From Chthoniobacterales bacterium (GTDB taxonomy: Bacteria; Verrucomicrobiota; Verrucomicrobiia; Chthoniobacterales; DYNR01): 64,000 nt of DNA. The notes below the pieces were generated by a model. It made no database searches. It was not told the DNA's origin and was given only the letters and a program-made list of their open reading frames with translations. This document shows positions 28,962 to 37,829 of this stretch, one piece after another (position 1 is the stretch's first letter; each line of letters opens with the position of its first letter). The position numbers and the translations under genes are program-made. The stretch is taken from positions 1,192-65,191 of the forward strand of contig JAOAAX010000009.1 in assembly GCA_026418675.1 (NCBI GenBank), given 5' to 3'.

Positions 28962-29258
28962 ATGTCAGTCACCTTAGTCCACATACGAGTAAAGCCTGAT
29001 AAAATCGAAGAGTTTATCGCTGCGACTTTGAGGAACCAAACTGCCTCGCGAAGAGAGGAAGGAAATTTGCGCTTCGATTTTCTCCAAAGCAAGGAAAATC
29101 CACAGTTTTTTCTACTTTATGAAGTATATAGAGATGATGCTGCAGCCAAATCTCATAAGGAGACAGCTCATTATCAGGAGTGGAAAGATAAAGTTGCGTC
29201 AATGATGGCAGAGCCTAGGCGAGGTGAGCAATTTCAAGCTTTGGGAGGGATTACCTAA
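28962..29258 (+). CDS. ABM-domain (antibiotic biosynthesis monooxygenase-like) protein
   Basis: About 98 aa: VTLVHIRVKPDKIEEFIAAT...NLRFDFLQSKENPQFFLLYEVYRDDAAAKSHKETAHY. ORF track starts at 28872. Confidence 0.75.
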   Translation: MSVTLVHIRVKPDKIEEFIAATLRNQTASRREEGNLRFDFLQSKENPQFFLLYEVYRDDAAAKSHKETAHYQEWKDKVASMMAEPRRGEQFQALGGIT

Positions 29259-29281
29259 AAGGGCATAATAGGAAATTTGTT

Positions 29282-30505
29282 ATGCTGAGCGCCCAAGTTG
29301 CCCAAGTTGACTGGAACAGTTTTATTGGCGGGGGGAAAGTAACTCGCGGGGTAGGATGCGCAAAAGAATTGTGTAAAGAAGTATTGGGTTCCATTAGCGG
29401 AAATCTCGTTTTGATAACAGGTGACAAGTGCATGGCGCGGAAAGGCCCAGCAGCAACCGTAGCTGAGGAACTTTTAGATAGTGGACGCCTCGTGCTCCAC
29501 TTGACACTCGCAACGGAACCGGAAATTGTTTGGTTAGACGAAGCGCGTATTGGGCTTAAACCCTATCATCCCGCAGCAGTCATTTCAATCGGTGGTGGAA
29601 GCGTCTTGGATGCAGGAAAAGCACTTGCAGCCCTTTTAAATGAGCGTGGTCCTACGCAAGACTTCTTAGAGGGAGTCGGCTCAGAGAAACCAAGCGGTAA
29701 AATGCTGCCGTGGTTTGCCGCACCAACAACAGCAGGGACTGGAAGTGAAGCAACCACTAATGCTGTAATCTCACATCATGGAGAACATGCTTTCAAACGT
29801 TCACTCCGCCACAATGCTTATCATCCACAAGGTGTTTGGCTTGATCCTCAACTTCTCCAAGGACTACCAAAAGAAATTGCAGCCGCCAGTGCCTTTGATG
29901 CTTTTACCCAATTATTAGAAGCTTTGACCTCCGTGCATTTGCCCCCAGAAATTGAAGATGTGATTATTTACGGCGCTGCACTTGCGGCATATTCCTTACC
30001 CAAATTTGTAATGGAATGTCCTACACCGAGTCCGCAAGTTGGACAGGCAATGCTCGACGCAGCTTTTCTTTCGGGAGTAGGCTTAACCCGAGCAGGATTG
30101 GGAACAATTCATGGTCTAGCTGGCAAAGCTGGTGCAGTAAGCCGTATTCCACACGCAGTTTTTTGTGCAAATCTTTTTGTGCCGACCTGGGAAGCAACCC
30201 TGGAGTGGTTTTTGGCAAACCCTGATAGCCCAGGTGTCTCCGCTGGGATTAAAAGAATTGCCCAGGTTGCCCGTTTTGCCGGTTGGGTAGAACAGGAAAA
30301 AGATGATGTTTCTGCTTTGCTTGTTTTTCTAGAAACTCTCCGTAAATGGAAAGAGGAATTTTACTTTCCACCACTCAGAGAATATGGCATTGGTAAATTC
30401 GAGGTCGAAGAAATCGTAGCAAGTGGCAGTGATAGGAATAGCCCGGCAAAACTCGGGCCTACAGTTTGGGAGCAATTACTACAAAAAGCAGGGGCAGTAA
30501 TTTAA
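29282..30505 (+). CDS. Iron-containing (type III) alcohol dehydrogenase family protein
   Basis: ISIGGGSVLDAGKALAALL and PTTAGTGSEATTNAVI motifs. Confidence 0.85.
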   Translation: MLSAQVAQVDWNSFIGGGKVTRGVGCAKELCKEVLGSISGNLVLITGDKCMARKGPAATVAEELLDSGRLVLHLTLATEPEIVWLDEARIGLKPYHPAAVISIGGGSVLDAGKALAALLNERGPTQDFLEGVGSEKPSGKMLPWFAAPTTAGTGSEATTNAVISHHGEHAFKRSLRHNAYHPQGVWLDPQLLQGLPKEIAAASAFDAFTQLLEALTSVHLPPEIEDVIIYGAALAAYSLPKFVMECPTPSPQVGQAMLDAAFLSGVGLTRAGLGTIHGLAGKAGAVSRIPHAVFCANLFVPTWEATLEWFLANPDSPGVSAGIKRIAQVARFAGWVEQEKDDVSALLVFLETLRKWKEEFYFPPLREYGIGKFEVEEIVASGSDRNSPAKLGPTVWEQLLQKAGAVI

Positions 30506-30561
30506 AAGAATTACATTATTTTCCTGTTAATCAGGGTTTGAAAAAAATTTTTGAAAGTGCC

Positions 30562-31389
30562 TTAAGGGCGAATAGTCTCAAGCCACTGCAACCAAGAGTC
30601 AAGGCCATGTCCACTTCTAACACTAATTTCGAAAATTTTTGCATCTGGTGAAGCTAAACGAAGGTTTTCCCGGGCTCGTTCAAGATCAAAACCAACATGA
30701 CTTGCAAGATCCATCTTAGTTATAAGAACTACATCCGCCTTGTGGAAAAGCGGTGGATATTTGAGGGGCTTGTCTTCACCTTCTGTAACCGCAAAAAGAA
30801 CTATTCGGTAATTCTCGCCAAGATCGAAAGTTGCTGGACACACAAGATTGCCAACGTTTTCGATAAAGAGGAACTCTAGACCTTCCCAGTTAAGTTTACC
30901 AAGTGCAACAGAAACCATTTCAGCATTGAGATGGCATGCTGTTCCAGTTGTTATTTGGAGGACTTGTGCCCCGCGGTTATCAAGACGCCGCCCGTCTATG
31001 TCTGTAGCTAGATCACCAACAAGCACAGCACAGCGCAAACAAGAGGCAAAAGAATCAAGCGTTTTTTCGAGTAGCGACGTTTTACCAGCCCCAGGTGATG
31101 ACATAAGGTTTAAAACTACTGTCCGATGAGCAAGAAAAAAACCACGGTTGCGTTCCGCTAGGCGGTCATTTTTTTCCAGAACAGGCAAATTTACGCTTAA
31201 ATGATGCACGCCATGAGCGTGTGCATGTTCAAACCACGTTCCCGTTTTGGGATCATAATGACGGTGTTTTTGGCTCTGCTGAACGTGGAGGTTACTTGTA
31301 AGTTCCCTCTCAGCAAGGGGGTGTTCCAACACTCCTGGTTTTAACACTGAAAAATGTTCAACATTACCACATCCACAATCTTGGCACAT
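30562..31389 (-). CDS. hypB: Hydrogenase/urease nickel-incorporation GTPase HypB
   Basis: N-terminal MCQDCGCG Ni site, His-rich stretch HAHAHGVHH, and GTPase motifs SSPGAGKTSLL and ENVGNLVCPA. Confidence 0.92.
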   Translation of the reverse strand: MCQDCGCGNVEHFSVLKPGVLEHPLAERELTSNLHVQQSQKHRHYDPKTGTWFEHAHAHGVHHLSVNLPVLEKNDRLAERNRGFFLAHRTVVLNLMSSPGAGKTSLLEKTLDSFASCLRCAVLVGDLATDIDGRRLDNRGAQVLQITTGTACHLNAEMVSVALGKLNWEGLEFLFIENVGNLVCPATFDLGENYRIVLFAVTEGEDKPLKYPPLFHKADVVLITKMDLASHVGFDLERARENLRLASPDAKIFEISVRSGHGLDSWLQWLETIRP

Positions 31390-31415
31390 ATTGTTTTGGA
31401 GTTGTCTGTCTAATG

Positions 31416-31763
31416 TTAACTTTCCGCTTCAATAGATGCAAGAGTAATTTCACTCGAACCCAGCGTCGCGTAAGCCCAAGAAGAGCACCTTGGACAACGT
31501 TCATGAAGAGCTTGTGCATTGAAACTTTCACCGCATGCCGGGCAAGTCAACTCCATAGCAATTACTTCTATTTCTAAGCTGCAATTCTTGAGAACCTGCT
31601 CATTTTTTGTGAAACTTTCAAAAGCTAGGTTTAACGCTTCAGGAACAACTCCACTCATCAAACCCAGCCGAACCTTTGCGCGAAGAATATTTCGAAAACC
31701 AAAATCAGATGCTATTTTACGCAATTGCTTAATAAGCTCTGCAGCAACCACCCCCTCATGCAT
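31416..31763 (-). CDS. hypA: Hydrogenase nickel-incorporation protein HypA
   Basis: MHE start and a CPACG...CPRC zinc site. ORF track starts two codons upstream at GTG 31769. Confidence 0.9.
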   Translation of the reverse strand: MHEGVVAAELIKQLRKIASDFGFRNILRAKVRLGLMSGVVPEALNLAFESFTKNEQVLKNCSLEIEVIAMELTCPACGESFNAQALHERCPRCSSWAYATLGSSEITLASIEAES

Positions 31764-31895
31764 AGGCACTTAAGGAAACGATTTTAGAAAACTGAAAGTC
31801 AACTCATTGCCGGAATTTAATAATTTAGATACTATTTTGACGATTGAATTGTCCTTCTCTCTTAAAAAAGATATAAAAAGATAAGCTTATCTAAT

Positions 31896-32753
31896 ATGTT
31901 TTCTTTTAACAACTTAATTTTTGAAGATGAGCCAGTTGATATTCTTCGTAAAGCAATAAACGGCCTTGGCATCGAAACGGAAGAATTGGCTAGCAAGTGC
32001 GGGCTGAAAAGAAACGAACTTGAAAAAGTCCTGCAGGGAAAAACAGACCTAAAAAATCTCGAAACGGTTGCTAAGTTTTTAGGACTAAGGACAGAACAAT
32101 TGAAAAAAATGATAACTGGCCAACTCGAGGTGCCAAATTTGCCACATCTAAAAAATTTTTGGATTTTTACATCCGATTTTGGTGGAATGAAAGTGAATTC
32201 CTATCTGGCCGTAGATCAGGAGAGACGAAAAGGTATTGCTTTTGATACTGGTGCTGATGCAACCAGCCTTCTTGAAACATTAATCGATGAAAATATCCAC
32301 TTAGAATACCTTTTACTTACACATGGACACGGCGACCATATTTATGAAATGGATAGAATTATCGAAAAAACAGGATGTATCGCATATGCACCTCGAGGTG
32401 AAATGATAAAGGGAACCCGCCCCATAGAACCAAACCAGAAATTAACATTAAGCGGCCTAGAAGTTCGTGTTCACTCTGTGCCAGGGCATTCTGCAGCTCA
32501 TGTTGCCTATGAAATTTCGGGTCTAGAGGCACCCGTCTTAATAGTCGGAGATGCGCTCTTTGCTGCTTCTATGGGCAAAGCTAATATTAGTTACTTACTT
32601 TCCCTGGAAAGTCTGCACTACCTTTTGAGTTTTAGTGATAATACTTTTCTTGCCCCTGGTCATGGCCCCATGACTACTGTTGCTTTAGAGAAGAAAATAA
32701 ACCCCTTTTACAATCCTTCTTGGCTCGAGTATCTGCGTAATAAACAACGGTAG
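31896..32753 (+). CDS. Fusion of an XRE-type HTH domain and an MBL-fold metallo-hydrolase
   Basis: N-terminal ETEELASKCGLKRNELEKVLQGK (HTH-like). Then LLLTHGHGDHIYE, GHSAAH and PGHGP metallo-beta-lactamase motifs. Confidence 0.78.
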   Translation: MFSFNNLIFEDEPVDILRKAINGLGIETEELASKCGLKRNELEKVLQGKTDLKNLETVAKFLGLRTEQLKKMITGQLEVPNLPHLKNFWIFTSDFGGMKVNSYLAVDQERRKGIAFDTGADATSLLETLIDENIHLEYLLLTHGHGDHIYEMDRIIEKTGCIAYAPRGEMIKGTRPIEPNQKLTLSGLEVRVHSVPGHSAAHVAYEISGLEAPVLIVGDALFAASMGKANISYLLSLESLHYLLSFSDNTFLAPGHGPMTTVALEKKINPFYNPSWLEYLRNKQR

Positions 32754-32765
32754 TAAACCCAGCCA

Positions 32766-32999
32766 ATGAAACTTCTTCAAATCGAGGACCGACCACTAAA
32801 GGCAATCAGAATTATGGCAATGCCATACAAATACAAAGTTTGTTTGGGGTGCGATTCAATTGTCAGCGCTAAAGTTTCAACTTGTCCAAATTGTCATTCT
32901 TACAGATTTGAACAATCAGTTGAGGAAGTCTTGAAGCAAGCAAAGGAACTTGCTTTGCGTCCACAGAAGTCCGTCACTACTTTTGATTTGTTAGGCTAA
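32766..32999 (+). CDS. Small zinc-ribbon protein (hypothetical)
   Basis: CLGCD...CPNC pair in a 77-aa ORF, 12 nt after the MBL gene. Confidence 0.4.
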   Translation: MKLLQIEDRPLKAIRIMAMPYKYKVCLGCDSIVSAKVSTCPNCHSYRFEQSVEEVLKQAKELALRPQKSVTTFDLLG

Positions 33000-33043
33000 T
33001 TTTCCCGCAACTTTTGATCAAAGGTAGGGTTTTTAAGTATGTT

Positions 33044-33547
33044 ATGAAACGCCATCTACACAGGAAACTTATCTATGCTGCTTTGATTGCAGGAAGTATC
33101 ACTGGGCTATCTTTGGGCTCAATCCACGCTCAAGATACAAACATTCAAGGACCAAACCAACCCCAATTTCCGGGTTCGGGTAATTCCTTTGGGGCTCCAC
33201 CTCAGAAGTTCTGGAAGGGCCCCAGGTGGGAGAAACTGCAGGGGCCACTTGGTTTAACGGATGATCAAATGGAAGAGTTAAAAAACATCCGAAGCGAACA
33301 TCGTCAGGCAGTCCAAAAAATAAAACAGGACCAAACGTTAACTCGTGAACAAAAAAAGGAAAAACTTTCTCAACTTAGGCAACAAATGAAAAAGGAATTC
33401 GAAAATGTGCTTACTTCCGAGCAAATCCAAAAACTCAATCAAATGCGCCAACAATGGCGAGAAAAATGCAAAAAAAATGAATGCCCTCTCACACCTTCTG
33501 ATCCATTGAGTAACGGGCAATCAGTTAACAAACCTGCTACAAATTAA
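33044..33547 (+). CDS. Periplasmic LTXXQ-motif (Spy/CpxP-like) protein
   Basis: Signal peptide, then repeated LTDDQ, LTREQ and LTSEQ motifs in a charged helical protein. ORF track starts at 33014. Confidence 0.62.
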   Translation: MKRHLHRKLIYAALIAGSITGLSLGSIHAQDTNIQGPNQPQFPGSGNSFGAPPQKFWKGPRWEKLQGPLGLTDDQMEELKNIRSEHRQAVQKIKQDQTLTREQKKEKLSQLRQQMKKEFENVLTSEQIQKLNQMRQQWREKCKKNECPLTPSDPLSNGQSVNKPATN

Positions 33548-33585
33548 TTTAAAAACTCTTTCAAAGTTTTATTACCAACAAAAAG

Positions 33586-33615
33586 GGAGAGTTAGCAAAA
33601 CTCTCCTTTTTTTTT
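33586..33615 (+). terminator. Rho-independent terminator
   Basis: GGAGAGTT-AGCAA-AACTCTCC hairpin followed by T9. Confidence 0.8.
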
Positions 33616-33747
33616 GCCTAGTTAATCTGTAATAAGTTTTTTACAAATAAACGACGCAATTATAGAAAAAACAGAATTGCATTTTCTTTCTAGAAGAATA
33701 GTCTTCGCGCCAAAAGAGTTTAAAAAACTTGCAGATATAGCTACCCA

Positions 33748-34740
33748 ATGAGGAGTGGATTGTCGAAAAACATTTTAATTAGCAGACAGGAACTTGATTT
33801 AAAATTACTAAATGGACTTTTCTTGCTTTGGTTACTATTTTTTTTCCTGTTACTCAAACCAGTAGCTCTTTCTGCTGATAGTTATATCCTCGTTGATCAT
33901 ACCAGTGGGCATATTTTGGACTCTTTAAACCCAAACCGTAAAGGGCCCATAGCTAGTTTGACGAAGATCGCAACTGCGGTTGTTGTATTAGACGCTTCGG
34001 AACGAGGATTAATTCGCTTAAACGAAATTGCGGAAATTCCACCAGAAGCACACCAATTAGGAGGCCATAACCCGGCAGGTCTCTTAGTTGGTGACCAAAT
34101 ATCTCTGCGGGATCTGCTCTATTGCGCAATGATGGCTTCGGATAATATCGCTGCACTTACTCTGGCCCATTACGTTGGTCAGCGATTACCGAACTATACC
34201 AGCTTAGATCCTGTGGGAAATTTTGTTGCGCACATGAATGCTTTAGCTCGAGGACTCGGAATGAAGCACACTCTTTTCCTTAACCCTCATGGCATAGATG
34301 CCGGCAAGGGCCCCCATGGTTACTCTACTCCAGCAGATTTAGCCCGTTTGTGTCGTTATGCTTACACAGACGGTGACTTGCATTTTTTTGTTTCACAGCC
34401 GTGGCGAAAAATCGAAATCGTGCGCAACGGCCAAAAGTTGGAACTTCCTTTGTCAAATACAAATAAACTACTTGGTGTGGAAGGAATTGACGGAATCAAA
34501 ACCGGTTTTACCTCAAAAGCAGGTTTTTGTCTTGCCTTAAGTTCTTGGAAACAACCCGAGGTCATACGTCTTGAAAACGGTGTAAGCAACTATCCTCGAC
34601 GTTTAATTGTAATCTTACTTGCTGCAGCTTCCGATAACGAACGCTTTTCTTTAGGATTGCAACTTGTAAAACATGGGTGGATACTCTACGAAGATTGGAA
34701 AAACAAAGGCAGACCGACCGATCGTAAAACAACGCTCTGA
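33748..34740 (+). CDS. D-alanyl-D-alanine carboxypeptidase (serine peptidase S11, low-MW PBP)
   Basis: SLTK (SxxK), SDN and KTGFT motifs with appropriate spacing. Confidence 0.85.
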   Translation: MRSGLSKNILISRQELDLKLLNGLFLLWLLFFFLLLKPVALSADSYILVDHTSGHILDSLNPNRKGPIASLTKIATAVVVLDASERGLIRLNEIAEIPPEAHQLGGHNPAGLLVGDQISLRDLLYCAMMASDNIAALTLAHYVGQRLPNYTSLDPVGNFVAHMNALARGLGMKHTLFLNPHGIDAGKGPHGYSTPADLARLCRYAYTDGDLHFFVSQPWRKIEIVRNGQKLELPLSNTNKLLGVEGIDGIKTGFTSKAGFCLALSSWKQPEVIRLENGVSNYPRRLIVILLAAASDNERFSLGLQLVKHGWILYEDWKNKGRPTDRKTTL

Positions 34741-34878
34741 AGTAAAATGAAATCGAGCTCATTCTTCAAAAAAACACTTTCAAAAATTTTGTCTTTTATT
34801 CCGGTATTTAGAAAAAATAAAAATTCTATCTATCTAAAGCCCGCCCAGAACAAACAAAACAACCTCTAATATTCTCCT

Positions 34879-35958
34879 ATGAGCACAAAAACGATTGGTG
34901 TTTTGACAAGCGGCGGGGATTGTCCCGGTTTAAACGCGGTTCTGCGTGGTGTAACTCGAGCAGCTACTAAAAGAAATTGGAAAGTAATTGGTTTCCGAGA
35001 TGGATTTGAGGGTCTTTTACCCCCTGGCGACTTTATTGTATTGGATCGCTCAACCACAGCAGGCATCATGCATCTTGGAGGAACCATTTTAGGCACCACC
35101 AACCGGGGGCACTTTGTAGCTAAGGTCGGTGAAGGCAATATTGTCCAAGTTGACCCCACAGTTATTGCTAAAGCAAAATCCACACTCGAAAATCTTGGTG
35201 TCGAAGGGCTAATAGTAGTGGGTGGAGATGGCTCCATGACCACCGCCCTTCAAATGCATAATGCGGGTATTAAAGTCGTCGGTGTTCCTAAAACCATTGA
35301 TAACGACCTAGAAGCGACGGCAATGACTTTTGGTTTTGATTCTGCTGTTGCTGCCGTTGTTGATGCCCTTGACCGCCTCCATACCACAGCCTCGAGCCAC
35401 AAACGGGTCATGATCTTAGAAGTCATGGGACGCCATGCTGGATGGATAGCCCTCCATGGTGGATTAGCTGGGGGAGCTGATGTCATCCTAATACCCGAAA
35501 TCCCATACGATATTGAAAAAGTAATCGAGGTAATAAAGAAACGCGATGCAATGGGAGCAAAAAGCACCATGATCGTCATAGCAGAAGGGGCAGCACCCAA
35601 AGGTGGAAAACAATACCGACACGAAGTCAAAAGTGGCGAATACCGTTTAGGAGGAGTAGGGGAAATTTTAGCCCGCGAAATAACTCAACGTATTGATAAA
35701 GAAGTCCGAGCCTGTGTGCTTGGCCATTTGCAAAGAGGAGGAGCTCCTACAGCACTCGACCGAATCCTAGGCACTCGTTTCGGTGTTAAAGCTGTGGACT
35801 TAATCGCTGAAGGCAAGTTTGGCTTTATGGTCAGCTATCACAATTATCAAACTGAAGAAGTGACTATTGAACAAGCAGTTCATCGGCTCCGTCTTGTTTC
35901 ACCAGATGCCCAAATGGTTCAGACTGCCCGTGCCGTTGACATCTCTTTTGGCGACTGA
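34879..35958 (+). CDS. pfkA: 6-phosphofructokinase (PfkA family; ATP vs PPi specificity not resolved)
   Basis: IGVLTSGGDCPGLNAVLRGV, VVGGDGS, PKTIDND and MGRHAGW motifs. Confidence 0.9.
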   Translation: MSTKTIGVLTSGGDCPGLNAVLRGVTRAATKRNWKVIGFRDGFEGLLPPGDFIVLDRSTTAGIMHLGGTILGTTNRGHFVAKVGEGNIVQVDPTVIAKAKSTLENLGVEGLIVVGGDGSMTTALQMHNAGIKVVGVPKTIDNDLEATAMTFGFDSAVAAVVDALDRLHTTASSHKRVMILEVMGRHAGWIALHGGLAGGADVILIPEIPYDIEKVIEVIKKRDAMGAKSTMIVIAEGAAPKGGKQYRHEVKSGEYRLGGVGEILAREITQRIDKEVRACVLGHLQRGGAPTALDRILGTRFGVKAVDLIAEGKFGFMVSYHNYQTEEVTIEQAVHRLRLVSPDAQMVQTARAVDISFGD

Positions 35959-35976
35959 TTCCATAAGTTTAGAACT

Positions 35977-36507
35977 ATGAAACCCGAAATTCGGGATAAA
36001 CTTCTGGCAAGTGTAAGGAGCATACCGGATTTCCCTAAAAAGGGGGTCCTCTTCCGAGACATTACTCCTTTACTCCTTAAACCTGAACTATATAAGGACA
36101 TCATAGCCGAGATGGCCGAACTCGCTCAACAAGCTGGTTGTGATAAAATCGCTGCCATTGATGCGCGGGGGTTCCTTTTTGGAGCCACACTTGCTCACGT
36201 TCTACACGTTGGTTTTTTACCGGTCCGAAAAAAAGGGAAACTTCCATGCAAAACGCTTTCACAGGCTTATCAACTAGAGTATGGGACTGCCGAAATAGAA
36301 ATCCACGTTGATGCTCTCCAAGCCGGCGAGCGTGCGGTTCTCGTAGATGATCTCCTTGCTACAGGCGGCACAGCTTCTGCAGCTATTTCATTAATTGAAA
36401 GAGCTGGCGCAAAAGTAACACTTGCTCTTTTTCTCATTGAACTTGTTGAGCTTGGGGGCCGCTCTTTCTTGGCTCCTCATAAGGTGGAATCTCTCCTTTC
36501 ATTCTAA
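35977..36507 (+). CDS. apt: Adenine phosphoribosyltransferase
   Basis: IPDFPKKGVLFRDITPLL and the PRPP motif VLVDDLLATGGTA. Confidence 0.93.
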   Translation: MKPEIRDKLLASVRSIPDFPKKGVLFRDITPLLLKPELYKDIIAEMAELAQQAGCDKIAAIDARGFLFGATLAHVLHVGFLPVRKKGKLPCKTLSQAYQLEYGTAEIEIHVDALQAGERAVLVDDLLATGGTASAAISLIERAGAKVTLALFLIELVELGGRSFLAPHKVESLLSF

Positions 36508-36539
36508 TTTCATGTCTTAATGATAACAGAAGCTTTTTT

Positions 36540-36872
36540 TTGAAGCAATTTTCAACCAAACGAAAAATTTTGGGTTTTTTAGGGCTCTTTATCCTATGTA
36601 TTGCTTGTTTTATTTTTTATAGTTTTTCCTCACATATTCTTTTCCATTTATACATAAAGCCCTCGCCAAGTCAGTTCATAAAAATCCAAAAAGTCTGTCA
36701 GCAGATTTCGTTGGGAAACTTTTATTTTCCCTCTAACCAAGATATTCAGATTCAGGGCATCGTATTTTCAATCCCAACAAATGAAAATCATAATTGTAAC
36801 CAATCTGATTTTTCCCACTCTTCAGAAATACTTACAATACTCAATTCAAATTCAACTCAATGCCTCGAATAG
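36540..36872 (+). CDS. Hypothetical membrane-anchored protein
   Basis: 110-aa ORF with an N-terminal TM. No recognisable motif. Confidence 0.3.
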   Translation: MKQFSTKRKILGFLGLFILCIACFIFYSFSSHILFHLYIKPSPSQFIKIQKVCQQISLGNFYFPSNQDIQIQGIVFSIPTNENHNCNQSDFSHSSEILTILNSNSTQCLE

Positions 36873-37318
36873 GAATCTTCTTCTTTCTCTTATTCATATA
36901 CCCCACCCAGGTTTGGAGTGAAGATGTTTTTTGGATACTCAGAATTGCTCCCGGGTCAAATCCTTCCATGGAAAAAAATTGGCAGAGATTTAAAAGTGAA
37001 AGGAAGTTGTCAGCTGAATTTATTTCTTATTTTCTTCCAAAGGAGGGAGATCCAGAACAAAATGTGGTCCAACTTCTAGAAATCCTAAAAACAAATTTTA
37101 CATCAGCAGAAAAAAAGAACCTAGCTTTCTCGAATGGTTCTAGCCTTGAATTTAAAAAGGTTGCTCGTCATTTCGATCACTATACTGCAAGCATAACTTT
37201 CAAGTGGAAAGGATTACCTCTTTGGGTATCAGAGATAAAAATTGGGCGTGCCAGCCCGCTAATACTTGCACCAGTTGGACTAGAACAACCGTGGTTTCTT
37301 CTCCTTTTCGTTCAATAG
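36860..37318 (+). CDS. Hypothetical secreted protein
   Basis: 152-aa ORF with a signal-like N-terminus. Overlaps the previous ORF by 13 nt. No recognisable motif. Confidence 0.35.
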   Translation: MPRIGIFFFLLFIYPTQVWSEDVFWILRIAPGSNPSMEKNWQRFKSERKLSAEFISYFLPKEGDPEQNVVQLLEILKTNFTSAEKKNLAFSNGSSLEFKKVARHFDHYTASITFKWKGLPLWVSEIKIGRASPLILAPVGLEQPWFLLLFVQ

Positions 37319-37319
37319 T

Positions 37320-37814
37320 ATGCCCAGGACTATTTTTTTGTATTTATTGCCATTTCTCTTTTTTTACAGCTGCATTCCATCGCCAACACAAAATTCAGGT
37401 TTTAACAGCTTCCACGAATTAAAAATTAATAATGTTACCTTTTTAGCCCAAATTGCAATCACTCCAGAAGAGCAAGAGCAAGGACTAATGCATCGCGCAA
37501 ATCTCGGTAAAAACGAAGGGATGCTTTTTGTTTTTCCTAATGACGACAAAAGAGCTTTCTGGATGAAAAATACCCATATCCCACTTGATGTAGGCTACTT
37601 CACGGCTGACGGAACACTTCAGGAAATTCATTCCATGAACCCATACGATCTCACTCCAGTCGAGTCGCAACGAACAGACATTCGATTTGCTCTCGAAATG
37701 AACCGCGGTTGGTTCGAACAAAACAATATCTCATTAGGTGCTAAGTTAGATTTAAATGCTCTTAATGTCGCCTTGCAACGTCGATTAGCTCATAAAAACA
37801 ATTTCATTGATTAA
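37320..37814 (+). CDS. DUF192-family protein
   Basis: GLMHRANLGKNEGMLFVFPNDDKRAFWMKNTHIPLDVGYF is the DUF192 signature. Confidence 0.7.
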   Translation: MPRTIFLYLLPFLFFYSCIPSPTQNSGFNSFHELKINNVTFLAQIAITPEEQEQGLMHRANLGKNEGMLFVFPNDDKRAFWMKNTHIPLDVGYFTADGTLQEIHSMNPYDLTPVESQRTDIRFALEMNRGWFEQNNISLGAKLDLNALNVALQRRLAHKNNFID

Positions 37815-37829
37815 ATGATTTCTGTTAGT

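Noticed and set aside
34747-34869. 40-codon Lys/Asn-rich ORF (MKSSSFFKKTLSKILSFIPVFRKNKNSIYLKPAQNKQNNL) ending 9 nt before the pfk start
   Set aside because: There is no convincing RBS. The composition is what AT-rich intergenic DNA yields by chance, and no motif is present. Ribo-seq could revisit it as a possible leader peptide.
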